Source: the human T2T-CHM13v2.0 reference genome, Homo sapiens. From it: 64,000 nt of DNA. Where the stretch lies: NCBI RefSeq assembly GCF_009914755.1, contig NC_060938.1. One strand, written 5' to 3'. Shown here piece by piece: positions 1-13,671 of the stretch. Below the pieces are notes generated by a model, which was given only the letters and a program-made list of their open reading frames with translations, did not search any database and was not told the DNA's origin. A program made the translations under genes and the position numbers. Every line of letters starts with the position of its first letter. Position 1 is the stretch's first letter.

Positions 1-2158
1 CTTTAAAATTAATCTGTTCCCCAAACAGATCCTTCACGTTGCTGATAATGGCCTTTCTCAAATACAACATGGACCTTCCATGTCAAAAATCTTCTGCATT
101 CAGAATAAAATTGTAATTTCTTCAGGTTATACAAGACTTCCCACATGCTATGGCTCCAACAAACCCTTTCGATTTTATCCTCCTCTAGTACCCAACCCCA
201 CATTCCAAAGTACATCTAAATATACCAGCTGTTGCACTTGTTCTTTTACAGTTCCTCTTCCTATACATCACGTTGCTTCTATCCAAATCATTCTTCCTTC
301 CGACAAAATCTCGATTATTCTTTAATAGCAGACTAATATGTTCCTCATCTGTGAAGCTTTTCTGGACTTCAACTTAGCTTGGTTTCTCTTTTCAATTGTG
401 TCCCCATAGTTTTGAGTACCTAAATCTACAGTATCAGTTATAAAACAAGCTGTATTTGCATGTCTAGCCATCAGAGTTCTTCAAGAATAAGGAATGTAAT
501 CTACTCCAAACATAATGGCTGAAGATATAGAAAATACTCTGTAGGTGGCCAATAAATAATTTCAAAGTAGTCAAAGAATTCTAAGTGCTTGCCATGAAAA
601 AAAGTACACATACACACACATACACATGCATGCACACATACACACTATTTCAAATGAGTTAAACCCTATACTAACCTTTCAGATTTTAGTGTGTAAGCAA
701 CTATTTCAGGCAGTTTTATTATCATACAATATAACTAGCATTTTATTATCAAACAAGATAGCTTTTCTTATCAATTTGCTATAAATGTTTAATTTAGCCA
801 CCTTCTAGTGACACTTTTACTACATTATTAAACAAAAAGTACCCCATTGAACTTAACATACTACAATACATTCAGATGTGAACAGTTAGAAGTGTTTTGG
901 TGGCTACTGGTTCTTCCTTAGTATAATATTTAAAGTTTAATTTCTCTGTTAAAAAGCAAGACAGAGGTATTTTTCTGACATTTATTCTCTTTTCTCATAT
1001 CCTTCCATCATCAAGCTCTTTTGAAAGGAAATACTAGAAATTACAAAAAGTGAAAAATTTTGTGTTATTAATATTATTACTGAGAAAAAGATAGGAGAAT
1101 GAAGAAGCTTTATATAATGGCAATGTCAAAATATGAACTTCTATGGTACGATCACCCTCACTGTCACTTTTACATTTCAGTGTTGATGAATTATGTACTA
1201 GTAAACTACTATGCATGTAATTTTGGCTCATTCTCTAAACTGCACTCCATAGAGTAGCAGGCAATTTCCAAAAAAAAAAAAAATTAAGAGCTTAAACTCA
1301 GATATAAGAATTGAAGGATCATATGATGTTCTATAAAACATGTGTACACATAAGTCTATATTAATAAATTCCTATTAAGTAACTCTAGAATTTATAGAAA
1401 TGCTACTATTAATATATCTGTATTAAAAAGGTATTTTAAGAAACAGATGTGTGAATCTCATTTTTCACCAAGTTAGCCATCGGTCCCCAATACAGGGGTG
1501 CTAAGTCATTATAAAAAAAGATACTTGCCACCCTGAAGGTAATTACGTATGATTTTTAATATATTTTCTCAGAAAATCAAATTTTGGGAAATATTTAAAT
1601 TCAAAGCATTCTTTTTGCGATTTTGCATTCTTTTAACCCATTTTTCATTCCATTCTTTCTCATTTAATGTCTTGTTACATAAATTTTAAACATAATTAAA
1701 TGCGTGAGTCAAAATGTTTAAGAGTATTCTCTGGTATCTGAACTACTTTGCAGGATCAGATATAATACTGTGGAGAGTAATATCAGCACTTTTATAATTA
1801 TGAAAATGCTTTTATGTCAGAAGATACTTAAGCTGAAGATTCATGGGTTACAAAAAATAAACATTTCAAACTTTAAACTTATTTTCTGGAATGATACTTG
1901 CTCTGAAATAATATTCAAAACACTTTTCCGAAATGCATCTAGCCACACAGGAGAATGAGCATGCAAGGAGGGAGAGGGTCGGTGGTGAAAAAATTATAGA
2001 TTTCAAAGTTATTGTTTGAAATAACCCAAACAAGCAAAACATTAGTATTTTTATCTTGAAATTCTTGGTGAATTTTATGTTCTAGCCCATAATATATTAG
2101 TTTATTTTAACACAAAAGTTTCTTCCAAAATGGACATGTCCAAAAGATACACCATGCT

Positions 2159-3821
2159 GGCGACGGGGGTGGCGGCGGCGGCAGCGAGTTCGGTTGCGCG
2201 TGGCGCACCGGGTGGGAGCGGAGACCAGGCCGGGAGCAGGCGCCACCGCCAGCGACCATGGGGAACATGTTGGCCGCCAGCTCGCCGCCCGCAGGGCCGC
2301 CACCTCCGCCCTCGCCGCCGGGCTTCACGCTGCCGCCGCTGAGAGGCGGCCTGGGCGCCGGCACCACTAGGAGTCGAGGTTCGGAACGGACCCCCGAGGC
2401 TGCAACCGCCAGCGCCTCAGGGGCCGCCGAGGATGGGGCCTGCGGCTGCCTGCCCAACCCGGGCACATTCCAGGAGTGCCACCGGAGGTGTAAGGAGCTG
2501 TTTCCCATTCAGATGGAGGGTGTCAAGCTCACAGTCAACAAAGGGTTGAGTAACCGTTTCCAGGTGAACCACACAGTAGCCCTCAGCGCAATCGGGGAGT
2601 CCAACTACCACTTCGGGGTCACGTATGTGGGGACAAAGCAGCTGAGTCCCACAGAGGCGTTCCCTGTACTGGTAGGTGACATGGACAACAGCGGCAGTCT
2701 CCACGCTCAGGTCATTCACCAGCTGGGCCCCGGTCTCAGGTCCAAGATGGCCATCCAGACCCAGCAGTCGAAGTTTGTGAACTGGCAGGTGGACGGGGAG
2801 TATCGGGGCTCTGACTCACAGCAGCCGTCACCCTGGGGAACCCAGACGTCCTCGTGGGTTCAAGAATTCTCGAAGCCCACTACCTCCAGAGCATCAGGCC
2901 TTGCCTGGCCCTGGGCAGAGAGCTGGTCTACAACCGGCGGCCTGGGGACGAGGGCACTGTCATGTCTCTAGCTGGGAAATACACATTGAACAACTGGTTG
3001 GCAATGGTAACGTTGAGCCAGGCGGGCATGCACGCAACATACTACCACAAAGCCAGTGACCAGTTGCAGGTGGGTGTGGATTTTCAGGCCAGCACAAGGA
3101 TGCAGGATACCAGCGTCTCCTTCGGGTACCAGCTGGACCTGCCCAAGGCCAACTTCCTCTTCAAAGGCTCTGTGGATAGCAACTGGATCGTGGGTGCCAC
3201 GCTGGAGAAGAAGCTCCAGCTCCTGCCCCTGACGCTGGCCCTTGGGGCCTTCCTGAATCACCGCAAGAACAAGTTCCAGTGTGGCTTTGGACTCACCATC
3301 GGCTGAGCCCTCCTGGCCCCCGCCTTCCACGCCCTTCCGATTCCACCTCCACCTCCACCTCCCCCTGCCACAGAGGGGAGACCTGACCCCCCTCCCTTCC
3401 CTCCCCCCTCAGGGGTTGGGGGGGACATCGGAAAGGAGGGACCCCGCCACCCCAGCAGCTGAGGAGGGGATTCTGGAACCGAATGGTGCTTCGGGATTCT
3501 GAGTACCAGGGGCAGTGTGCCCAGTGGGCATGGGGTCCCAGGAGGGATTCCGGAATTGAGGGGCACGCAGGATTCTGAGCACTAGGGGCAGAGGCGGCCA
3601 GACAACCTCAGGGAGGAGTGTCCTGGCGTCCCCATCCTCCAAAGGGCCTAGGCCCGCCCCGAGGGGGCAGCGAGAGGAGCTTCCCCATCCCGGGTCAGTC
3701 CACCCTGCCCCGCCCACTTTCCCACCTCCTCGGTATAAATCAAGTTTATAAGTTATGGAAGAACCAGGACATATAACAGAAAAAAAAAAAAAAAACAACA
3801 AAAAATATACGTGGGAAAAAA
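2159..3821 (+). pseudogene. TOMM40P: TOMM40 processed pseudogene (CDS-homologous 2258-3306)
   Basis: ORFs 2258-2971 and 2854-3306 translate to TOM40 ([17 protein letters not shown]...LPNPGTF...FGLTIG). Intronless, with 5'/3' UTR, short A tail and a 17-bp TSD AAAAGATACACCATGCT at 2142-2158 and 3822-3838. 1-bp frameshift near 2816 and a 36-bp in-frame deletion in the Pro-rich N-terminus. Confidence 0.97.
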
Positions 3822-4282
3822 AAAAGATACACCATGCTTATCTAAGGCTTTTAGTACCTCCTGTCATAGTTGCATATATGCCAGATTGAGGGGCACAGAA
3901 CTAGGGGAATTTGATAAAATGCTCATTATACAGAACTGTAATACCTATTGTGGCATTTTAATTATGTAAAAGCTTAATGAAATACTACATAAAAAGATAC
4001 TGTTTATTTTTCTGATAGATTTCATAGCACTCCGTGGTACTGAGATTTTCTAAAATTTAGAAAACAACATTAGTAATTATATTTGTCTACTATAGTAAGT
4101 ATATTTTTCTTCTTTCACTCTTCAGGTTTTCCATTAATATAAAAAGTAAAATTTCCATACGTTTCCATTTATTTTAAATCAAAGTAGTGTCAACAAATCT
4201 ACATTACCTATAGAATATAAAGAGAAGTATGTGAAACTTTATAAACTTTTAAGTTATACTTCCCTAACAATCAACCCCATAC

Positions 4283-4514
4283 CTGCTCTCATGTCATCTA
4301 CAGCACTCATTTTCAGCAATACTTGTTTAATTAGCCCAACTTCTGTGCTAGTCTGTACATTCCAAACACTTTTTCATAGAATGGCTGTAAACATGCTCCC
4401 TATTTCTGCTTGACATGTTACATCACAGTGCTCTAAAAGCTCTGTCATGTGTATTATACTCTCAGCATCCTGGATAATAGAGTTCATCTCCAGTTCAAAT
4501 TCTCCACCAACCAG
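4283..4514 (-). pseudogene. NBEAP: Neurobeachin (NBEA) duplicated exon (unprocessed pseudogene fragment)
   Basis: Minus-strand translation [76 protein letters not shown] matches the NBEA N-terminal region. 232-bp exon with intact tttcag acceptor and gtatgg donor; premature TGA at 4374-4376. Confidence 0.93.
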
Positions 4515-4708
4515 CTGAAAGTATACAGAAAGAAACAATAGTGTTAACATGGGAGGTTACTGATAACAGTAGAATAAAATAATAACAAGAGTTCAAATCT
4601 ACTACTCTAAAAAAGTTTCAAGGCTTTTGGTGTAAAATTACTTTTTATAAAAAGTATAAGAGCTACAGATAAATGACAGGCATTGTAAGCATTGAAACTA
4701 GCGAACAC

Positions 4709-5719
4709 TGAAGGCGTGGCCTGCCGCTCCACACCTGTGGGATATCTCATCGGGTGGGATGAGAGACTGAGAAAAGAAATAAGACACAGAGACAAAGCAT
4801 AGAGAAACAACAGTGGGCCCAGGAGACCAGCACTCAGCATACCAAGGATCTGCACCGGCACCAGTCTCTGAGTTCCCTCGGTTTTTATTGATTATTATTT
4901 TCATTATCTCAGCAAGAGGAATGCGGTAAGAGAGCAGGGTGATAATAAGGAGAAGGTCAGCAAAAAAACATGTGAGCAGAAGAATCTATGTCATAATTAA
5001 GTTCAAGGGGAGGTACTATGCCTGGATGTGCACGTAGGCCAGATTTATGTTTCTCTCTGCCCAAATATCTCAGTGCAGTAAAGAATAACAAGGCAGCATT
5101 GCTGCCAACATGTCTCGCCTCCCGCCATAGGGCAGTTTTTCTCCTTTCTCAGAACTGAACAAATGTACAATCGGGTTTTATACCGAGACATTCAGTACCC
5201 AGGGACAGGCAGGAGACAGTGGCCTCCCTCTATCTCAACTGCAAGAGGCTTTCCTCTTTTACTAATCCAACTCAGCACAGACCCTACACGGGTGTCAGGC
5301 TGGGGGACGGTCAAGTCTTTCTCATCCCATGAGGCCATATTTCAGACTATCACATGGGGAGAAACCTTGGACAATACCTGGCTTTCCAGGGCAGAGGTCC
5401 CTGTGGCTTTCCACACAGTGCACTGTGCCCCTGGTTTATCGAGACTAGAGAATGGCGATGACTTTTACCAAGCATACTGCTTATAAACATTTTGTTAACA
5501 AGGCACGTCCTGCACAGCCCTAGATCTCTTAAACCTTGATTCCATACAACACATGTTTTTGTGAGCTCAATGTTGGGGCAAAGTGGCTGGGGCAAAGTTA
5601 CAAATTAACAGCATCTCAGTGAAGCAATTGTTCAAGGTACAGGTCAAAATGGAATTTCTTATGTCTTCTCTTTCTACATAGACACAGTAACAGTCTGAGC
5701 TCTCTTTCTTTTCCCTACA
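4709..5719 (-). mobile_element. HERV-K(HML-2) solo LTR, LTR5A/LTR5B type
   Basis: Minus strand starts TGTAGGGAAAAGAAAGAGA and ends GCAGGCCACGCCTTCA; ~1.0 kb; flanks AACAC/AACAG form an imperfect 5-bp TSD. Confidence 0.9.
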
Positions 5720-7020
5720 AACAGAAATCTAATTTTCACATAAATGGGAAAGGGTGATTTCAAATCTAGTAAATCAGAGCAAACTACAGCATGTGATTCC
5801 TGGATGGGATTCAGGAAAAATTCCTAAAAAGAGGGTTTGGCCTTTAAAAGTGATAATCAACAGAAAATATAGAATTTACTAAGGATAAATTTTAAGACAT
5901 GAAATTCATTTTCCTTTTTGATATTACTAGTCTTACAGATAAAGAGATGTAACTGGGGCATAATCTCCATATATAGAAGATGAAGAAACATGAAACTGAT
6001 ACAACTTACAATAAATGTTGCAATAATGAAATGAATGTTAAAAATAAGTTGAACAGAAATATGCAAGGTCTTGTAATGCTTTTTTTTTTAAGCACAAATG
6101 TGAATTGGGTAAAGAAAGCTGATTTAACAGCAACACATTTGACTTCAATATTATGGCAAATGAGTCCAAAGTCATACTGCCCCTCCCGTTTGGTATTTTA
6201 AGTACAGTAATAGACAAATACACACAGAATAAAATAACATAATAATACTCTGTTACTCTCTGTTGATCGAATCCCATAAGAACTATTATATTCAGTTATA
6301 AGCATCATTCTTAAAAAAGAACACTGTCAAACTGGATATCCTTTTGGTCTAAAGAATGATAAGATTTAGGAATAAAATAATAATCATATACAACACCTCA
6401 CAAATTCAAAGTAATTAATTCCTTTGTTCATTCAATAAATAATTTATTAAGGTCTAGAAGTTACTGTTCTGGGAACTAGAGTATATGAACATCCAAGATA
6501 AAGACCATGCACTAACAGTGCTAAATTCTAGGAACAAAGATTTATATGTATGTATGCATACACTACTTTATTCCAAAAAAACACTCAAGGTGGCTACAAG
6601 TTATGTAAAGCATGAAGGAAGGCATAAAATATGAGTAGATGAGAAAAGAGGAAGCAAAGGAAAACAAGATTAGGAACAGACAGGGAGTAGAATTAGGATC
6701 AAGAAGTAGAATTAATTTCCTATCACTGAAAGGTATTCGCAAATACGGACAGGTCACCACAGAATATGATATAAATAAGATAAATAGTAACAATACCACC
6801 ACCTAACCTTACATGGCGTTTAGTCCTGTTTTAAAGGTTTTACATCCATTATGACACTATTCTTATCTTCATTTTACAGAGAAGGCATCATAGGCACAGA
6901 GTTATAAGTATGTTGAAGAATGTTACAAAACCGGTAAGAGACCCAGGATCCAAGCACAAGACGTCTGTCTTCGTGCAAGTTCATATAAACATTACAATCT
7001 CATTTAAGAATATTTTTTTA

Positions 7021-10000
7021 GGAGGGAGGTGAGACAAGACGGCAGAACAGAAAACTCCACAGATCATCCTCCTACCCCTACCACAAGGATACTAAGTTAA
7101 CAAACAACTACACAGGAAAAAGCAACTTCCTAAGAGCTAAAAATCAGGTGAGCACTCACAGTACCTGGTTCTAACCTCGTATCACTGAAAGAGACACTGA
7201 AAAGACAGAAAAACAGTTCCGAGTCTCCGATGCCACCCCTCCCTGACCCCAGCAGTGTGGCTTGGTGCCAAGAGCACCTCTGGGTGCTGGTGAAGGGAGA
7301 ACAGAGCAATTGTGAGGCACTGAACTCAGTGCCATTTTGTTGCAGCAAAAAGGAAAACCTGACCAAACTAAGCTGAAGTCCACCCAAAAGAAGGCATGTC
7401 AACCAGCCTTAGCCAGAGGGCAATCACTGATACCAGCAGTCCAAACCTGACTGCCCGCAAACCTCAGTACCAAAGGCCACAGTGCTCTTGTTGTCTAAGT
7501 AAATTGGAAAGGTAGTCTAGGCCATAAGGACTGCACCTCATAGGTGAGTCCTAGTGCTGAACTAGGCCCAAAGACAATGGACTGAAGTGGCATGGGACAT
7601 ACTGAGATACCAGCTGGGGCAGCTAAGGGAATGTTGGCATCACCTCTCCCCTAACCTGAGACTGCACAGCTTGTGGATCCAAAAGAAACCCCTTCCTTCC
7701 ACTTGAGAAGAGGAGAGGGAAGAGTTGGGAGGAGTTTGTCTTGCATCTTGCTTATCAGCTCTGCCACAGAAGGACAGGGCACCTTGAGGTCATGAGGCCC
7801 TTGTTCCAGGCTCTAGCTCTGGGATGACATTTCTAGATACACCCTGAGCCAGAAGGAAACCCACTGCCTTGAAGGAAAGGACCCAGTCCTGGCAGCATTC
7901 ATCATCTGCTAACTGAAGAGCCCTTGGGTCCTGAATAACCAGCAGTGATACCCGGGTACTACGTTGAGGACCTTGGTGAGCTTCTGAGACTTGTTGGCTT
8001 CAGGTGAGACTATGCACATTACCAGCTGTGGTGGCTATGGGGCAAAACTCCTTCCACTTGATAAAAACAGAAGGAAGAGTAAAGGGGACTTTGTTTTGCA
8101 TCTTAGGTACCAACACCACCACTGTGGGGTAGAGCACCAAGTGGGCTTTTGGGTTCCCAATTCTAGGACTTGACTCTTGGACAGCATTTCTAGACCTGCC
8201 CTTGGCCAAAGGGGAGCCCACTGCCCTGACGGGTGAGTCCCAGGCCAGGCAGCATTCACCACAAGCTGATATAAGAGCCTTTGGTCCTTAAGGGAACATC
8301 GGTGGTACTTTGGCAGTACTCCTCATGGCCAGGTGTGGCGGTGGCTACGGGGTAAGGCTCCTCAGCTTTTGGAAAGGGGAAAAAGTGGAAAGAGTGGGAA
8401 GGATTGTGTCTTGTGTTTTGAGTGCCAGCTCAGCCACAGTACAACAGAATGCCAAGTAGATTTCTAAGTTTTTTGACTCTAGTCCCTGACTCCTCTATGG
8501 CATCTGTGGACCCACTGGTGGCCAGGGGGACTTTGCCACCCAGAAGAGAAGGACACAGGCCCAGCCGACTTTTCTACCTGCCAATTGTAGAGCCCCAGGG
8601 CCTTGAGTGAATATAGGCTATAGCCAAGGAGTGATTAAGGCAGGCCTTGGGCAAGACCCAGCACTGTGCTTGCTTCAGGTGTGACCCAGTACCTGAAGTG
8701 GTGGTGGTGGTGGTCATAGGGGTGCTTGTATCATACATCATACCAGCCCCAGCTTTAGGTGTCTCAGAACAGAGAGAGAGAGAGACTCTGTGTTCTTGGG
8801 AGAAAGTAAGGGAAGAGAAAAAGAGACTCTGCCTGGTAATCCAGAGAATCACCCCAGATCTTATCCAAGGCCATCAAGGCAGTACCTCTACAAGTCTGCA
8901 AGAACCAGTGTCACTGGAAAGCCTTCCCAAGAAGGATGGCTACAAATAAGCTCAGGCAATGAAGAGTACAATAAATACCTAACTCTTCAATGCTCGGGCC
9001 CCGAGGAACATCTACTAGCATTAACACCATCCAGAAAAACATGACCTCACCAAACGAACTAAATAAGGCACCAAGAATCAATCCTCGAGAAACAAAGATA
9101 TGTGACCTTACACATGGAGAATTCAAAATAGCTGCGTTGAGGAAACTCAAAGAAATTCAAGATAACACAGAGAAGGGATTCAGAATTCTATCAGATAAAT
9201 TTAACAAAGATATTGAAATAATTTTAAAAAATCGAGCAGAAATGCTGGAGCTCAAAAATGCAATTGGCATACTTAAGAATTCATCAAGTCCTTCAAGAGC
9301 AAATTGGATCAAGCAGAGGAAAGAATTAATGAGCTTCTGAAGAAAGGCTATTTGAAAACACACAGAGGAGAAAAAAGAATAAAAACCAATGACACATGCT
9401 TACATGATCTAGGGAATAGCCTCAAAAGGGCAAATCTAAGAGGTATTGGCCTTGAAAAAGAGGTAGAGAACAGGGTGAGAAAGTTTATTTTGAGTAAACC
9501 TTCAAATAACAGAGAACTACCCAAATCTAGAGAAAATATCCAAATACAAGAAAGTTATAGAATACCAAGCAGATTTAACCCAAAGAAGTCTACCTCAAGA
9601 CATTTAATAATCAAACGCCCAAAGGTCAAGAATAAAATAAGAATCCTAAAAGCTGCAAGAGAAAAGAAACAATAACATACAAAGGAGCCCCAATACATCT
9701 GGCAGCAGACTTTTCAGTGAAAACCTTATATGCCAGGAGACAGTGGCATGACATATTTACATTGCTGAGGGAAAAAAACTTTTACCCTAGAATAACATAT
9801 CCAGTGAAAATATTATTTGACCATGAAGAGGAAATAAAGACTTTCCCAAACAAATAAAAGCTAAGGGATTTCAACAACAGCAGACCTGTCCTACAAGAAA
9901 TGCTAAAGGGGGTACTCCAATCAGAAAGAAAAGGGCATTAATGAGCAATAAATGATCACCTGAAAATACAAAACTTACTGGTAATATAAGTACACAGAAA

Positions 10001-11980
10001 AATACAGAATATTATAAACACTGTTACTGTGGTTTGCAAACTACTCTTATCCTAGGTAGAAAGACTAAATGATGAATTAAACAACAATAATAACTACAAC
10101 AACTTTTCAAGACATAGGCAGTAGAAGATATAAACAGAAACGACAAAAAGTTAAAAAGCAAGGAAATGAAGTTAAGGCAAGTTTCTACTAGGTTTCTTTT
10201 TGCTTGTTTGTTTGCTTATGCAAATAGTGTCATGTTATCAGGTTAAAATAATGAGTGATAAGATAGCATTTGCAAGGCTCATGGTAACCTCAAACCAAAA
10301 AACATACAATGGACACACAAAAAAATAAAAATCAAGAAACTAAATCACCAGAGAAAATCATCTTCACTAGAGGAAGACAAGAATGCAAGAAAGAAGACCA
10401 CAAAACAACCAGAAAACCAAAAACAAAATGGCAAGAGTAGATCCTTACTTAATAATAACAGTGAATGTAAATACACTAAACTCTCCACTCAAAAGACACA
10501 GACTAAAAGGATGAAAAGACAAGACCAATTGATCTGTTGCCTAAAAGAAACACACTTCACCTATAGAGACACACAAAGACTGAAAACAAACAGATGGAAA
10601 AAGATATCCCATGCCAAAGAAAAACAAAAAAAGAGCAAAAGTCACTACACTTATATCAGACAAAAGAAATTTCAAGACAAAAACTAACTATAAAAAGAGA
10701 CAAAGAAGGTCACTATATAAAGATAAGGGGGTCAGTTAAGCAAGATGATATAATAATTTCAATATATATTCACCCATCACTGGAGCACCCAGATATATAA
10801 AGGAAATATTACTACAGCTAAAGACAGCTATAGGCTCCATAATATCTGCAGACTTCAAAACCTCACTTGCAGCATTGGACACATCTTCCAGAAAGAAAAC
10901 AAAGAAACATCAGAATTAATCTTCACTACAGACCAAATTGAGCTAATAGATATTTACAGAACATTTCATCCAGAAGCTGCAGAATACACATTATTTTCCT
11001 TAGCACATGGATCAGTTGAAAAGACAGACCATATGTTAGGTCACAAAACAAATCTTGAAATATTCCAAAAAAATGAAATAATATAAAGCATCTTCTCTGA
11101 CAACAATGGAATAAAACTAGAACTACCAAGAGAAGTTTCAGAAACTATACAGATACATGGAAATCAAACAATACGCTCCTGAATGACAAGTGGGTCAATG
11201 AAGAAATTAAGAAGGAAATTGAAAAATTTCTTGAAACAAATAATAATAGGAACACAACATACCAAAATCTAAGGGATACAAGAAAAGTTGTACTAAGAGG
11301 GATGTTTATAAGTGCCAATATCAAAAAAGAGGAAAAATATCAAATAGACAATCAAATGCTGCATCTTAAAGGACTGAAGTATCAAGAGCACACCAAATCC
11401 AAAATTAACAGAAGAAAAGAAATAATAAAGATCAGAGCAGAAATACATAAAATTGAAATAAAAAAATACAAAAGATCAAAGAAATGAAAAGTTTATTTTT
11501 TGGAAAGCTAACGAAAATTGACAAATCTTTAGCCAGACTAAGAGAGAAGATCCAAATAAAGAAAAACAGAAATAAAAAAGGAGACATTACATCTGATACT
11601 GCAAAAGTTCAAAGGATCATTATCAGCTACTGTGGGCAACTACATGCAAATTAGTTGGGAAATCTAGAAGAAATTTATGAATTGCTACACACATAAAACT
11701 ACCAAGATTGAACCAGGAAGAAATCCAAAACCTGAACAGACTAATAACAAGTTACAAGACTGAAGTTGTAATAAAAGTCTCCCAGTAAAGAAAAGTCTGG
11801 GAAATGATAGCTTCACTGTTGAATTCTAACCAAACATTTAAAGAACTAATATTAATCCCACTCAAACTATTCTGAAAAATAGAAGAGAAGGGCATCCTTC
11901 CAAATAGAGGAGGAAGGAATACTTCCAAACTCATTCTATGAGGCCAGTATTACCCTGTTACCAAAACCAGTCACAGACAC
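7021..11980 (+). mobile_element. Old LINE-1 (L1M/L1MA-type 5' end): 5'UTR, decayed ORF1, inter-ORF region, endonuclease and 5' part of ORF2; 3' half missing
   Basis: ORF1 fragments 8990-9675 (MTSPNELNKAP...RHLIIK.PKVK.K.RILKAAREK); ORF2 start-like ATGGCAAGAG at 10428 followed by endonuclease motifs; homology ends at ...CCAAAACCAGTCACAGACAC before the RT core. Confidence 0.9.
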
Positions 11981-13522
11981 AAATTTTTAAAAATATATTT
12001 ATTGACTGACCAAAAAATAGAACAAATGAGGGATTCTTACCCCAATTTTGTTCGTTATAAATATTTATAATATGTCTCTAGTTCTACAGTAAGGATATAA
12101 GCTTGGTTAGTTACATGGCTTTAACAAGTTTACATCAAAAAATATCTCATAAGCCACTGGCACTCTGAAAAAGGTACTGTGATGCATTTCATTGGTTTCA
12201 TTATAATAAGGTCTCTTGTAAAAATTGTCACTAAGCAAAAAATAACATAACTCTGGGCTACTAGAAAATCCTTAGTTCTTCATAAGTACAACAAACAAGC
12301 ACCTAACAGTAGAATTAAATTGGACATACTGCCAGAAATTACAACAATGAATGCAAATTTGAATACTAGCTTCATAGTTCTCAGCCTCAAAAGTGAGAAC
12401 CTTAAAAGGTAAAAAGACTTTGGGATGACAGTTTCAGTAACACTTGGTTGGGAAAAGATTAGTAAAAATACAAAGAATAACTTTATTCTTAGTTTTTCCT
12501 AAAAATGAATTATTAGGCAAAAATATAATGGATATCATGTCTGTAACTCATAAATTACTGACATTACACAGCATAAATATTTTTAAACAACTACATTTAC
12601 ATGTAAGAGTTTTTGAGATATTAGCTTGCTGGTCTAGAAGCAAAATAATTACCACTTGGGGAATAATCGTAAGGAAGAATGAGTTCATATATCAATGTGC
12701 AATGGAATCAGAGTATCCACATTTTAAAACTGAAAAAGATGTTACAAACCATCTATTTGAATTGCTCCCTTCATGGAGAGCCTAGCTAGGCTTTTATAGA
12801 GACAAATGGATACTGTTTAAGTGACTTTTAATATTTCAAAAAGTATCACGTATCATATCTCACTGGAAAACAAAGTCATATTTATTTAATAGAAATAACA
12901 GTAGAAACTGGAGAAGAAGGTAAGGTAAGAAATAATTTTAAAAATTAAATGTTGGTAATCATGGAATCCCTACACCAAGGTCAAAAACTAAGGTAACAGA
13001 CAGGTAGAATATTCAAATTTCCTGACTAGTCCAGTGATCTTGCCTACCTCCACACTACTTTGAATACAGGACATAAATAATAGGTTTAACAAATGTCAAA
13101 TGTTTACAATAGTGACCATGGAGCAATGAGATTACTGGCGACTTTCCATTTCTTCTTCACATGTATTTTTAAATGATTTGCAATGAGCACATATACTATT
13201 ATAATAAAAACATACACACACATGCACACACACATTCACACACATTTAATAGTGAGTCTTCCTAAAGCAAAACCTATAATTGCACAAATCATGTTCAGAA
13301 ATATGATTTTCCCATGTTTCCTTTTCCATTCACATAATCTTGGAGTATGTTTCGTCATTTATAAAACAAGGGTAATGGTTGGTTCTTACACTATGTTTCA
13401 CTAATTATTGCTGGGACCACTCAAAAGATAGATGTAAAAGTAAATCTACTAACCGATTATGCAATGAGTGCCACTCATGTGGTATCTAATAAACAGTCTT
13501 CATTCACTAGAAACATAAGAGA

Positions 13523-13671
13523 TTTTTTTTTTTTTTTTTGAGACGGAGTCTCGCTCTGTCACCCAGGCTGGAGTGCAGTGGCGCGATCTCGGCTCGCTGC
13601 AGGCTCCGCTCCCCGGGGTTCACGCCATTCTCCTGCCTCAGCCTCCCGAGTAGCTGGGACTACAGGCGCCC
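13523..13671 (-). mobile_element. AluY right-arm fragment
   Basis: Poly-T followed by a CpG-rich Alu right monomer with AluY-type CACGCCATTCTCC; ends abruptly; no TSD seen. Confidence 0.85.

Noticed and set aside
8990-11487. Functional L1 ORF1/ORF2
   Set aside because: Fragmented by many stops and frameshifts; RT domain absent.
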